A stretch of DNA of 64,000 bases, from assembly GCA_002189035.1 (NCBI GenBank), contig NEEC01000011.1:1178001-1242000 (forward strand). The letters run 5' to 3'. The notes beneath the pieces were generated by a model, which searched no databases, had not been told where the DNA came from, and saw nothing but the letters and a program-made list of their open reading frames with translations. Positions 48,323 through 62,342 of this stretch are shown piece after piece. Numbering within the stretch: position 1 is the first letter of the stretch; each line of letters opens with the position of its first letter. The stretch is from Utricularia gibba (taxonomy: Eukaryota; Plantae; Magnoliophyta). The position numbers were made by a program, and so were the translations under genes.

Positions 48323-51300
48323 TGACAGTTTATGAGGTACAATATCTCATCTTCAAATCGTTGACATTAGAACAAATGTCATATGTTGAAAAAAAAATGT
48401 TGTAAAGCCACAAAGTAGATTCAAAAGTTATTACCCAGTATAGCAAGTTCAATGGATATTTATAAACAACAAACTATCCACTAGTTGACCATTGAGAAAG
48501 AGTTTAGTGGGCTTCAATTGATCGATCTAATTGAGTTTTCCAGAGTAATGTTGAGTACTGGCATTTGATCAATCCAACTATTCTTCTACTTCATTCTTGT
48601 TACATCTTTAGGAGGAACTTGTACATGATTACAAAGCAAAACCCTTCATACTCAATCATGGATGTAGCATAGTTAAACACGCTCCCTTGCTATGAAGTGT
48701 TGGTGTAGGGCATTGTTTCATTCCAACTTTATCTCTCAAATTCATCAATGTGAATACGCTTGAGTGCATGGTAGCAGACTCTGATATACTTACTTTTTCC
48801 GAATTGAGTTGGGTTTTCTCCTAAGTCAATTGCAAATTTGTTGACAATCCATAGGGTTGTCACTTTATTGATTGATATATCAAGATCTTCTAATATTTTC
48901 TACAACCATATTACATGTTTAACAACTTCAACTCCAATTATATATTCTTGGATGAGAGTGCAACAACGTCTTGTTTCCTAGAAGCCCAACTAGATGTCCT
49001 ACACCCAAATGTAAACAAATATCGAATCATGCTCTTTGAGTTCTCAATCCTTCCTACATAATATGAGTCAATAAAACCCATTAGATTTATACTTATATCT
49101 TTCTTGAAAGCAAATCCATAATCATTGGTTGACTTGAGACTCGATATTCAACAAGAAAGTCCATGTGCTCCTTGATAAGTCATCAACCACTCTTAAAAAA
49201 TATTTGGATCCTTGAAGTGTGACAACATTATATAATCCCCATAAATCACAGTGTATAAGATGGAAAAGGCACAATGAAATCGAATGACTTGGAAAAAAGG
49301 CTAATCTATGAAACTTGACGAATTCACATATATCACATGGTTGTCCAGAGAGACTACAACCAACTATAAAATGTTTTGCCTTATTTTCATATGGATGTCT
49401 CAAACGACAATGTCATAAAAGCGTAAAATTTAAACCATTCACAGAGGCACAAAACAGAGATAATTTCGACCATTTATGATTTACCAAATTACTCAACGCC
49501 AAGGGATCAGGATGAAATGGAGCCTTTTATGTAGCAGCAAGGAAATGAAGCCACCAAGATTCACTATCCAACATATATAAGCCATCACGAATATGTCCAA
49601 CAGCTAGTAATTTATGGGAGACTTGGTCCTGCATCACCCAATGATTATTGTATAGATTAAAAAGGACATTCATATCCTTCAGCATATACCTCACGAATAG
49701 AAGATTAAATATAAAGTTGTGAACGAATAGAACATTGGATAAATGCATATCATTCTTAAGTGAAACATTTCAAAGACTCTTAACCCGTATAGATAAACCA
49801 TTTGGTAAAGACACAGTGACACAGTCAACAACACCTATAACTTGAAAATTGTGCATGAAGCATGTGATATGAGTAGTGTCTACAGAGTCAATAACCCATT
49901 CCCAAGGTTCACAACTAAAAGACAGATCAATTTTGCTAGTCATCAATAATTCAGAATGTAAAATACCTACAAAGTGGTGGGTCATATTGGACATATGGAC
50001 TTGAGAATCATAGCCGGTGAAAGATGATGGCAAGTACAATTGTCAAGGTCCTTGATTTGCAAGAAGCTGCTCAACTCTTGTTGTATGATGTGGAGGGAAG
50101 TTTCAAAGCCAATAAAAAGCATATATGTGTCATTCAATTGTGTGTCCATGCAATGTGCCATGGAATGAGAAGTCATTCTATGATAGTATTGAGCCACCAT
50201 GTTCCTATTTGTAGAAATACCCATCAAAACTTGAGTGGATTGAGAGTAACAACCAGCATGAGTGTAATGTGGAGAGTAGCCATCAATGGGAGTAGAGGTT
50301 TGATGATGGAAAGGGACACCGAAAGATGTATTAGTCTTCTTTTTGTTCCACTATGATGGGTAATTCCCAATGAGGAGATAATGATTTTTACACAAGTATT
50401 CCTACTTCTTACAATAGTCATAGTAACGACCATCTTTCTTTTTCACATTTCCTGTAAATGAGTTATTCATAGAGACATAAAATGCAGATTCATCATGTCT
50501 CCCATCATGTGACTTAGCACTCATGGCAGCATTTGCAAATATGTCTAATGGTTTCTCAATGGTAAGGCCATTCATAACAATAATTTGATTTTTCGTCAAC
50601 TCAAACTTCTCACTCAAACCACGTAAAAAGTGAATCAACTTAGTAGGAACAAAGATTTTATCAAAAGGAATAACTGTCTCGCAAGAATCACATTTCATCT
50701 TAGGAGTAACGATATCAAGATCTTTCCATAAACCATTCAATCTAGTATAATAATCAGCAATGGTCATATCACCTTACTTCAAATGATAAATGCCATGCAG
50801 GAGTTGATAAAGCAAACTATTATTAAGATATCCATGATGATTTTGCGAGGTAATCCACAATTCTTGTGCGCACAAAGCACCACTAAAGCTTGCAACCAAT
50901 GATTTTGAAATAGAACTGAGTATCCACAATTAAATCATGCAATCATTAAAAATCCATAAATTGTAACCAGGATTAATGACAAGAGACCAAGAAATATCTC
51001 CATTGATAAAACCTAAATTATTCTTTGACCCTAAAGCCAATATGGCAATTTCTTCTCCATTCAAAATAAATCATAATTGTGAGAGGAGAATTCACAAGTG
51101 CAATGTTAGGATGTTCAAAACCACTCATAACCAATGGATTTGATTGTTCTAAAATAATAGGAAAACCTAATTCTGGTCCTTACAAGGTTTCATCACTCGA
51201 TGTCATTTCTACACGTAGCAATTGCTCACCAACAAGTCGGTTCTTTCTTTTGAGATGTCTCCACGCTCACTACACCATGAACAATTACGCTACCAGCGTT

Positions 51301-54300
51301 GAGAGTTGGCCAAATGGAAGGAAACATAAGGTAGTTCCATGAACGGTGAATCGCAAAAGCAAAAAAAAAAAAAAACAACGTTCATGCACATTTATGCATG
51401 TGATAAATTGTGCAGTACAACTAGAAGTGTAGAAGTTGTACTGCATAATAGTAATAACATTCGTTCTTCCTTCCAAAGTTCCAATGTCTATTCAACAAAA
51501 TGCTGCTGCTTCGTTCATCATTGAGTTCCAGGTGGAGAGCATAATCCAAGTTATCTAATAATGTTTTGAAGGGTAGAAGACATCCATCAATTGCTTATTG
51601 GATGGGAACTGAGGAATATGAAATCCTCATTTGTATTTCTCCCGTACAATATAGCAATCTATTTCAATATGTTTGGTCCGTTCATGAAATACCAAATTAG
51701 TAGTAATGTGAATAGTAGATTTTTTGTCACACCAAAGAGGAATCATGGCCAAGCTACGATATTCTGCCTTTGCTGAATACTTTGACACTATGCCTTGCTT
51801 TTTTGTTTTCCAGGAGATCAAACATCCTCCTAACATGACACAAAAACTTGTGATAGATTTCTGGGTGAGGGAACAAGCTCCCCAATCCAAATCACAATAT
51901 CTATCGAATAGAATGAGTTCCCTTGTTGGATAGAGAAGACCATGAAAAATGAAGTTAACAAGATAGGCAACAATGTATTTAGCAGCAAGCCAATGCTCAA
52001 GAGTCGGTGCATGCATGAATTGAGACAACTGCTGAACTTAAAAGACAATATCTAGATGCATAAAACTCAAATAGAGCAGTCGACCAATAAGAGCCTAGTA
52101 TTCATTTGAAGAGAATAAGATCTCAATATAAGATGATGGCCCAATATCTTTAATACTAAATTGAGCATGTAAAGCTTGTTTCAATTTGTTGATGGCAAGG
52201 AGAGAAGGACCAACTAGGAGAATGTCATCACCATAAACCGCTAAAGCAAGAAACGTGGTTGCAGTTTTCTTCATAAAGAGACATGAATCGGATAAGAATT
52301 GTTTAAAATACAATGAGCTAAGAAAACCATTGTCTACCTACTTGCTTTAAAACATAAAGTGATTGTTTGAACTTGCATACCTAACCGGCGTTTACATGAT
52401 ATACCGGAGGTGGTTCCATGGAAATGTCTTCGTCAATGTGATCGTGGTGGAAAGCACTATTAATATCTATTTGGTGTAGATGCCAATCCGGTTTCGCCGT
52501 CAGAGCAAGCAAGATTTGTATGGTAGTAATCTTGGTCAAAGGCGCAAAGCGCATAGTGAAGTCCACACCTTCCACCTAAGTGTATCTTTTAGCCACAAGG
52601 CATGCCTTATATCTAGAATGATACCGTTAGGATGCTTTTTGATTTTGAAGATCCATTTGCAACCAACAGTCTTTTTTCTAGAAGGTAGTGTCGTCGTTAT
52701 CCAAGTGTGGTTATCCACCAATGATTGAATCTCAAGAGTCATGGCATCTTGCCACACCTGTATCTCTTTAGCATGCTCATAAGTAGGGGTTCCTTCAACA
52801 TGAAGACTTGAATGGGGTTTGGAATCCTTAACCTTTAATAATGCAGTTTGGAGTGCAACATAATCCAGTTTCCAATATAGAGCTCATCGTATTCTAGTGC
52901 TCCTTTGGATGAGATCATTACTCATGCTAGGATGCTCTCTCAAAGACTACTGGTCTGCGTCATTACCTATAGCATGCTCATTGGAAAAATGGTGACCTGA
53001 AGTGGGCACACAATTTTCTAATTATTGAGACTTCATAGTAAGTGTGCCACTAGAATGCTCACCACTAGTTTCATAACCTACATAAATAACGTTTTCAAGA
53101 CTAGCAATAGCTTGAGGACCTGCAGCAATAATGGAAGGATGGAGATAGTCAGCATCATAATGGTCATCTAGACCATTGAAATTGTCATCAAGATCACAGT
53201 TGTCATTATCAGTTAAGAATGACAAAACAATATCAAAATTCTGAATGTAATCATCAACTCCCTTCCAAGGGAAAATATGCTCATAAAACTTGACATCCCT
53301 ATTAATAAAGATTTCCTTTGTAGTTAAATCATAACTCTTATAGTCTTAATGATCAATGGAATAACCCACAAAAATGCATTTTCTGGTACATGGTGTCAAT
53401 TTATCTACTTGTGGGTTAGAGACATCTGAGTAGCACAAACAACCAAAAACACATTAGTGATATATCAAAATCCATAATCATTGGTTATATTGAGATACTT
53501 TATGACTTGTTTTATAGCATCCATGCGTGTCTTGTGAGATTTTCTCAAATACCTAGAAAAATAGCTCATAAAAGACAGATATTAGGTCTAGTAGTAGATA
53601 AATATATAAGTGAATTAATCATACTATTTAATGTTTTTTCAACCACAATGTCTTCATCATTTGCTAGATCAGGTTGCAAGTAGACTAGTCGACTTTGCAT
53701 TGCTCAAATTATACTTCTTGATGATGTCTACCGTATATTTTTTTTTGGCTCAAGTAATTGTATTTTGATGAATGCTTAATCTCTAATCCAAGAAATTAGT
53801 CCATCATTCCCAAATCAGTCATTTCAAATATAGTCATAACTTTTTTTCTTGTCACAATAGGTGATTGTTGTTGCTTGTAAAGAGTAAGTCATTTACATAT
53901 AGTGATACAATGAAGTATGCTCCTTCCTTCATCAGTGTACATAGAATTGTGTCATTTTAGCTCCTTTGAAAATCCCTAGATTAAAATTGTGAAACAATTC
54001 TAGTATACCAAGCACGTGATGTTTGTTTAAGGCCATACAAGGCTTTATGGAGCAAAAGGACTTTTCTTTTCTATCCTATTTAACAAAGCTTGGTGGTTAT
54101 TGAATGTATACTTCTTCTTTTAATTTTCAATTTAAGAAAGTACTTTTAACATTTGAATGAAATATATCCTAATGATTGCAAGCCACTAAATCAATTAGCA
54201 GCTTTATGGTGTACAAGCATGCAATAGGAGTAAAGGTGTCATTGAAGTCAATTCTAACTACTTGTGAATACCCTTGAACAATCGAGCGAGCTTTCAACTT

Positions 54301-57000
54301 GTTGACAATTCCGTCTAGATTTGATTTGGTGTGAAAAGTCCACTATTATCTTCCAGTTGTTAGGTTTGAGAATTAATTTCCATGTCTCATTCTTTTCAAT
54401 GGACAGAATTTTAGATTTCATTGCTACTTTGTAATTAGGATCTTCTTAGGCTACATCCTAAAGTGCTGGTTCTTTTGCAGATAAGCATTTCGCATATATC
54501 TTGCTTATATCTCTATAACCCTCTACAAGTACTTCCCCATTGTTTTATATCATTTTCAGGAGGCTCTACAGGTTCAATTTCAACTTTCTGCTTAACTTGT
54601 CCAAGTTGTTGCTCCTCATCCAATTGAGCATCATCAGTAGTTTTAAAGGATTCTTTAAATATGTCATTCCATGAGTATGAGGTAGGAATAGTTTCAAAAG
54701 TCCGATCCCAACATTTTTTCTCATCTACAAGAACATCTTTGCTCAAAACTATTTTCTATGTTTCCAGATCCAACACTCTATATGTCTTTGAGATACTACT
54801 ATAACCCAAGAAGATTCCTTTTTCAGCCAATTTATCAAGTTTTCCTTGTCTCTTCTCTTTTGGAACATATATAAAACAAAGACTCCCAAAGACTATCAAC
54901 TGATTTACTTGATAGCACATCGATTCACAAGGTAAATCAAGGTATTTACTGCTTCATCTCAGAAGTAAATTGGTAGGCTTTTCTAAAAAAGCAGACATCT
55001 AGTCATGTTTATAACTATTCGGTTTTTTCTTTTCAAAGTCCCATTTTGATGAGGTGTGTACGGTGCTATAAGTTCATGCGCTATGCCCTGGGATATACAT
55101 AGTGTAACTAGCTCGATTGGTGAGTATTCAACTCTATTGTCTATTCTTATCTTAAGAATTTTTTCCATATTTTCATTTTCCATTATAGCCTTGAACTACT
55201 TGAAGTAGTTGAGAATCTGTGATCTATGGTGCAAAAGAAATATCAAATTATATTTAGTGAAATCATTAATAATTAACAGAAAATAATGGTTACCACTCAA
55301 CGTTTTATAGCTCATTGGTCTACACACATTTGAATGTACCAATTCCAGTCTTTTAGTGTTTTTCCAAGTTCATGTGTCAAAGGGAAATTTGTTTATTTTT
55401 CCTAACTGACAAATTAAACATATTTATTAGTGTTTCAATTTAGAGATTCCTTCAATTAGATTGTTTCTCTTCACGTTGAGGAGATTTTTCTGGTAAATAT
55501 TCCCGAACCCTTAATGCCACATATTTTCCATCGTTAGGCTACTCAAGCATGTATCTTTCCTAGTCTCAATGACAAATGTGATAGGATATGCAATTTATTT
55601 GTATAGTAAATATCTTAATCTTGTAGTTGTCCATTGCTAATAAGGTTATGGTGAGCTCTTGGAACAAGGAGGGGTTTTAGGGTTTTGAAGCAGGTGATTT
55701 CATATATCAAGTGATTATTGTAGCCACTATCTGAATACCGGTGTTTATCTTTTGTAATTGATTTTTCAACGGCAGATAAGCTAGCATGAGTTTTAGTAAC
55801 AACAAGAACCATATTACTCATATTTTGTGAAAGTTCATAAATCTCAACTACAGTCAATAATTTTTAGCTTTCTATTTTTCAAGCAAACCATCTCTTTGTC
55901 CTGTAACTTAATAGTGTATGCATATGTTCCAAGAATTCTAGAAGCAATCTTTTCTTCATGTTTCTCTTGCTCTTCAAATATGGTTATCCTTTGTACTTCA
56001 TCTCTCATGGTATTTAATAATTCTGAAGTTTGTTAGGCTTCTTGTGATGGGGCTGAATTTTGAGGGCATGCTTGTACATATTGTGTTGCTAACCCTCTTA
56101 TCTTCTACTATTCCTCTCAACAACTTGATCTTGCTTCTAGGTTTGTACGAGTTATCCATGAATGATTGAATAGAATCTAAGTTTGACATTTTCACCAAGT
56201 CGAATTCCTTCTAAAGATTCAACCTTTCTGCTTTCCATGAGTTTTTAATTTCAGAAAATTGTGTCTCAAGTATTTTCCATGCTTCTCTAACTATTTCATA
56301 GCTTATTACCATCAGGAAGACGTCATCGTTGAGAGAGCCATGCATAGGAGCAAGTGCTTGAGAGTTAATCATTGTTTCTTCTTTTGTGAATTCTCTAGAT
56401 TTTCCATCATTATCTATTGGTGAGTTTTTAGTCACTGTGTCATATAGACCCAAAGCTTGCATGTTTCACTTTATTTTTTCTACTCAGATAAGGTAATTTT
56501 TTCCATCCAATTGAGATGGTTGTAATGATATGAAGTTGTTGGTTTTGTTATTCATTTTTTTCCTACATGGTTAGTGAGGTAATGGTATATATGTGAGGTA
56601 GCGTGTTGTGTTATACTTGATTCATTAATTGAAATCGCTTTGATACCATGACAACGTTTATGCCATCGAAATAAAAGATTGATGAATTGAAGAAACTTGG
56701 AATGAGAACAAAGATCAGATGTTGAAGAAAATATTGTAAAAGCACATAGTAGATTCAAAAGTCATTACCCTGCAAAACAAGTTCACTGGGTATTTAAAAA
56801 CAACAAATTAGCCATTAGTTGACCATTAAAATAGAGTTTAGTGAGCTTTAATTAGTTGCTCTGATTGAGCTTTCCACAATAATGTTGATTTGGTCAGTCC
56901 AACTATTCTTCCACTTCATAATTGTTATATCTTCAGGAAGAGCTCATACATGGCAGCAGGGCGAAACCCTTCATTGATAATCTCGAATAGTAAATCTTTT
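48323..57000 (-). mobile_element. Near-complete degraded Ty1/copia (element B) hosting element A
   Basis: LTR pair 56649-~57000 and 48323-48679 (e.g. AGTAGATTCAAAAGT.ATTACC; AAACCCTTCAT at identical offset 315). PBS TGGTATCAAAGC at 56637-56648; PPT-like CAAGGGAGCG next to the 3' LTR. Gag 56462-55830, PR about 55750, INT 55300-54750, RT 54480-53470, RNaseH (SSWASRKQDVVALS..NPTQFGKSKYI) 49110-48750. Confidence 0.85.
49131..53467 (-). mobile_element. Circularly permuted Ty1/copia (element A, probably Ale/Retrofit-like) with one central LTR
   Basis: Order on the - strand: VFGCLCY..CIFVGYS (INT C-terminal part, 53460-53280), RT (52757-52095), RNaseH (52028-51560), candidate LTR 51520-51278, degenerate PBS 51265-51277, gag (51060-50402), PR (WVIDS, about 49870), INT N-part (CDLWG..VVDDLSRSTWTFLL, 49403-49131). 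Flanked by AAATCCATAATCATTGGTT at 49112-49130 and 53468-53486. Confidence 0.75.
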
Positions 57001-57629
57001 CTCCTAATCTTCTCATTCAACAAGTTTTCAATGACCAGTCACGTTTCCATAGCATCTTTGGTTCAATTATTTAAGGATAGAATTATAGTGTTTTAGTAAT
57101 CACTTCAAGTCCCAAGAAAAAGCAAGCCCTAAACTTAATCGTCAAAAATCAATTTCACAGCATTCAATTAATGAATGAGCTTTCTTAATTTATTGGAATT
57201 CTCAATCACAAGCGCTCACCAGCTTTTTGATGAGAAAGGTCTTGTTATGCACTCTTTTCAACTCAAAAGTTTGCTCTAATAGCTTCCATAGTGTCATAGT
57301 ATTTTTAACATCACTCGCTTGATCATGGTGTCATAGCATAGGATCATGCGCCTTTCTATCCATTCTCTTTTCATTCCTTAGTTGTTATCCCTTCTCATTT
57401 TCTTGCCTCATCAATTGATTCATGGAGATGCTTACAATACAATAGGTCTTTTCATTTTACTCTTCCATAAAGTGTAGTTTATAAGCATTGAGGTTTATCA
57501 CGGTTGCAAATCTATGATCCATTTTGGAACAGAGAATTTCCAACAGTGATAGCCACTCAAGAATCGAACAAGCAACATGCAAAATGTTTTAGAAGATGGG
57601 GTTTGGAGCAAACCAAATACCCTATCAGA

Positions 57630-58060
57630 TGATGTTAATGGAGGAGCAAATCTTCAATTATAGAAATTCTCGTCGGATTTTGAAGAAGAGTAATAGATTT
57701 TAACATGGAAAAATTCCAAAAATTGGGACGAAAAACCACAAACGCAAAGTATATCCCTCATCGAAAGAAAACAAGGTCTTACAACTCTTTTGCAATAACA
57801 ATCTCCAACATTATAAAACAAGCAAATAGAGAGAAAACACTTCTTTTCTATTGACTTCTTCTCATTCAGGTTTCGTCAAGTCTCACCACAACAGTGCATC
57901 TCTCTCATTATATATAGAGACAAGACTCTTATTTTAACAGCACATAGCCTCCTTCGAGTTCGAGCCAAACACAAAGTTGTACTTTATTACTATATCCCGA
58001 GAATATTTTCTTCATTGGACTTCTCGTTCTTTTCTAATGGATCAAGTCCATTAGTTTCCC
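57630..58060. mobile_element. LTR-like fragment resembling 3217-3450
   Basis: CATGGAAAAATTCCAAAA..GAAAAACCACAA and TATATATAGAG blocks echo the LTR at 3300-3440. Ends not defined. Confidence 0.4.
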
Positions 58061-58830
58061 TCTCATGCATTGGACGTGGGCTCACCCATTTCATCAAGGG
58101 AGGGATTTGGAGGGAGATACAATCAGCAGTAGCATCTTATTGTTGGATATGATATATCTCTGATATCTGGGTATGACTTTTTTTTCTTCTTGGGGTTTCG
58201 CATTTGTGGGATTTATAGGTCGTTCTCTATCGTTTTTTCAGGTGTATTCATTATAGAATCCACTGGCCTCGAATTGAAGATATCCAAGTTCTTATTATTA
58301 TCTCTCAGACGAATGAAAACATGGTGTTTCCCAAGGTTTGGGGCATCTTGTTTTCCTTTTCCTTGAAGATTTGTAGTTTCAATTTACTGTTTATATCGTC
58401 AGGGTGTTTGGGAACTAGACGAAAACATTGAATTGGCAGCTTCTCGAGAGACTTTAGAGGAAGCTGGCGTCAGACGGTTACAACCGAGCCGAGTATTTGT
58501 TTCTTAGAGTGTAAGAGCCTTGATTCCTTCCTCTGTCCCTGTGCACTTTGATCAACATTTATTTATTCCGATGAAAGCATATGGTGAAAGGACTTTCAAG
58601 AGAAAAGTCAGGAAAAGTTTCACAAGAGTTCCGCATCCCCTTTGTTGGTCACCCAAGAATTGGACGTTTGGCCGGAAAAAGATCTCCGTCAACGAATCTG
58701 GGTATGCTTATCTTTCTTCTAATGCTTTTCTCAGTCTTGCCAGACATTTTATATATTAACAGATGCTCGTTCACATATCTGCAATGCAACTGTCGCTGAT
58801 ATGGGACGGACTTATGCTTCGCTAGATGAC
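58040..58830 (+). pseudogene. Nudix hydrolase pseudogene (NUDT4/17/18/21-like DIPP-type group)
   Basis: Exon remnants: ..RYNQQ*HLIVG (TAG 58130-58132; donor reads AT at 58147), CIHYRI..IQVLIIISQ..MVFPK (58242-58335), Nudix box GVWELDENIELAASRETLEEAGV (from 58403), and FK/SQEKFH..PLLVTQELDVWPEKDLRQRIW (frameshift near 58605). Confidence 0.8.
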
Positions 58831-60347
58831 AGTTATAGAAGCCAAGGATGCTTGTATTCATGTGTCAACTGACTCGCCCACCTGAGCGACCGGGGATCCA
58901 ACCTTCGGCCTTGTGCAGAACCAAAGGTGGACTTCAAACTCCATGTGAGCCCTAACCACAGATGAAGAAGCAGATGGGTCAAATGATTAACTAGGAAGAG
59001 ACATGATCAGATACCAAACTGCCATTTTCTTCCTTAAAAAAGCTCATCTGCACTGTGTCTGGTGGTCGTGAATAGTACCACTGATCCGATAGGACTTGGG
59101 TAGAGGATGAAATAAGAAACGGAAGTCTGCAGCCTTGTCGGTTGATGGCATTCAATTCTTACAGGCTCTTGAGCAACCTTGCGTAAGAATTGAATGGTGG
59201 GTGGTAAAGATGGCCCTGGACTTCTGATTCCATTGTTCTGTTTGGTGTATTTCTTGAATGGGGACAAAGGGGCTATTGGTCCATGGAGATGACCGCTCAC
59301 AGTCCCTCCTCTCTCTCTCCATGTTCAGAACCTAATGCACAAAGAATTTTTTTTTTTTCCTCTTTTGTTTGTTTCTTATCAACATAGTTCTGCAGAACAA
59401 AAAATGAAAATGGGCGTTGGGAGTCTGATCATATAAACCGAAAACTTGCGAAGCAGCAGCAGTAGGATGGGTTTCCTTTCCTTGGTTTGAGTTTGGGGAA
59501 ATTGGGCTCCCTCCTTGTGTTGCTGTCAAGCATCGCTGGCCTGGCCTGGCCTAGTCTCCCAACACTAACACAGAAGGGGGTTTTTAGGTAGCCCACTTGA
59601 TTTGGTCCCAGTTCCCATTTTGTACCCATTGCATTTTTAGGTAGCATGTAGCTAGCTAGCTAGTAGCTACCCCTCCCTCTTTGTGCCCACATTTTCTTAC
59701 AATAAAACATGCAGGCATGCCGCACATGTTGGAAATTCCGATGAATTCGGAAAACATTTTGAAATTAGTTTAGTAAATCAAAAAATGATCGAAATTTCAA
59801 ACATGAAATTCCTTTGCATTGGCAATGCCTGGATGTTGGAGGCGCGCCCATGTCAGGAGCATGTTGGCGCATCCTGAAGAAGCATAATCAGAATAATATA
59901 TTTGAAATAAAAAATGATTGGGTGGGCCCCCGTTGGAAGGTCATTATTAAATAAATCCCGCAATTATTCAATGTAATGAATGTTGAAGGGAAGGGAAGAG
60001 GAGGGAGACAAAGAAGACGACCATCTCATCATCCATTAATCCCCTCCCTGCTATTTATTATTTATTTCATCATTAAAAAGAGAGAGAAAGAGAGAGAGAG
60101 AGAATTCTGTTCTTCTGTCTTCCTTCTTACACTTCGCCATCTTCTCTCTTGTCGTACGGCAATTTAAGACCCCGGATTCCCCTTCCCCCTACCATTACAC
60201 ACGCCCACCTTAAAAACAAATATAATAAGAGAAATGTATTTAAAAAATTGGTATTATTTACGAGATATTATAATATAAAATAATATAATAACTACTGTAT
60301 TACTTTTTTTAATATAAACGATATTTTTATATCATAAATCTTATAAA

Positions 60348-60350
<3 letters not shown>

Positions 60351-60378
<28 letters not shown>
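60351..60378. repeat. (AT)14 microsatellite in a very AT-rich tract
   Basis: Read directly from the sequence. Confidence 0.95.
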
Positions 60379-62342
60379 CTAAAATACATAATTATAAAAA
60401 TAACTTTAAAATATAATTTATAATTTATTAATAAAAAATTTAATATTAAATTTGTTACAAAATTAAAAAATTATTAAATTCGATTGTTAAAATAACAAGA
60501 GAATTGGATTATTGTAAATATCTGAAAATTTATTAAATATAAAACATAAATTGGATTAAATTTTCATTCTTTTTCATATTCTAATTATATATGTTATAAT
60601 ATATTTTTTATAAAATATATTTAATTTAAGATATTAGAAATATTAAATAATAATTCCATAATTAGAAAAAGAGTTATTAACATATTTTAGTTATAAAATA
60701 TTTATGATTATAATATAATTAATTATATAAGTATTAATATATTCAATTTGATAATATTATTATTTATATTTAAAATTTTTAACATTTAATTATATTATTT
60801 TAAATATTTATATATAATCTTACATGTAAAATATCAACGTTTTTAAAGCTTCTTTTACTTTGCAAATACATTTTTTCTCTTTTCTCTTTTCTCTATTTTA
60901 TTAATTTCCCTTTAGTTAAAAGGAAGTTGATGAAATATACAATTGAAAGTGATGAAACATCACATTATAATTTATTTTAAATTCACTAATTTTCATATCT
61001 CACTTTTAATTTAAACAAATTTTAAGTTAATCATATATAGTCATTTAACAAATGATTTTGATAGGAATTTGGAAAATGTAAATTGAATAATTAGAAAAAA
61101 AATTAATAAAGAAAATTTTGTATTATTTTACTTAATTGTATATGCTTCGTTTTATGTTTTAAGGAAATCAGAAGTAGGAAATTCAAACATATGTTTTTAA
61201 TTTAATTAGAAAAGTAGTATTTTATTTAAATGCATATGAAATTTTTTTCATAAAATACCAATTAATTACTACCGAAGTAAATCTATAGAGTCGCAACTTT
61301 AATGTTTTTTTGGTATATAACAGACGGAAGAAACGTTTTGGAAATGAATTTTTTTTATGAAATTTCTATGTAATCAGTTTAAATAGTTCAATTATAATTA
61401 TTTAATACATATAAAATAAATCAAGATAAATGCACACGTATTTAAATAAATAATTGTTCAAATAATCTTTTACAATTCCATGAAATTCTTGCCACCATTC
61501 ATATTGAAAATTTTTACTTTTGTAATATTTTCAGCGTATTGCATTTACATATCATTTAGAAATTAAAAAAATATAAATTTTGCTATTGAGAAAAAAAGCA
61601 GAAGCTGAGCCATTAAATATCCATGAGGATGCTTAATGAATCTCTATGATAGCATTTGGTTTGTTTGGATATTTTGAATCCAAGTCTATTTTGTTTGAAT
61701 TTAAATTAATACATCTTAAGCAATTAATATTTATTTCTAATTTAGTGAAGAATATGATTTGTGTTTCAAATCATAATTTACCTTTCACATGCAGGTGAAA
61801 AAAATATGGATTTATTGAATTTTTATATAAAATTATACAAATATCTCTTAACTTATTAAAAAAAGAACCCAAAAATCAATTATATGTCAATTATGGTTTT
61901 CAACTCCACCACCTATTCCCATATTTTAGCATCTTCTTCATGAACGCAATGCTGATGCTGGAGCTTCTCTGGATTTTTTATAACAACAAAATCTGATAAG
62001 TGGGATTTTGAAATATGAAAGAAAGGCGTTGTTGGTTTGCTTTTTAGTGTGATAGGTTTAACAAGGGTATTGCATTGTTTTCATCCTTGGCAGGTGGTTT
62101 GGGTTATCAAGAGAGCTTGTGTTGTGTGTTGGGACACTACATACGATGTCATTTTCAGAAGTTTCTTTTTATTGAATACTATTAACATGCATATCCAAAT
62201 GATATTGACGAATTTAGCAAAAAAAAAAAAAAAATGAAGTGATTCTAGAAGCTCGATGGGTTAACTAACATATTTAAAACGTGGATGTCCCAAAATTTTA
62301 AGAGAGTTTGCTCATTGCAGATTCGATCTTATAATTTGAAAA

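Noticed and set aside
57031-57035. ATGAC as the TSD partner of ATGAT (48318-48322) for element B
   Set aside because: LTR alignment places the end near 56996-57005, so the 4/5 match 30 bp further out may be chance.
59040-59200. TAS3/TAS4 or miR828/miR390/miR482-related locus
   Set aside because: Only 8-10-nt partial resemblances; no full tasiARF, trigger site or mature miRNA sequence.
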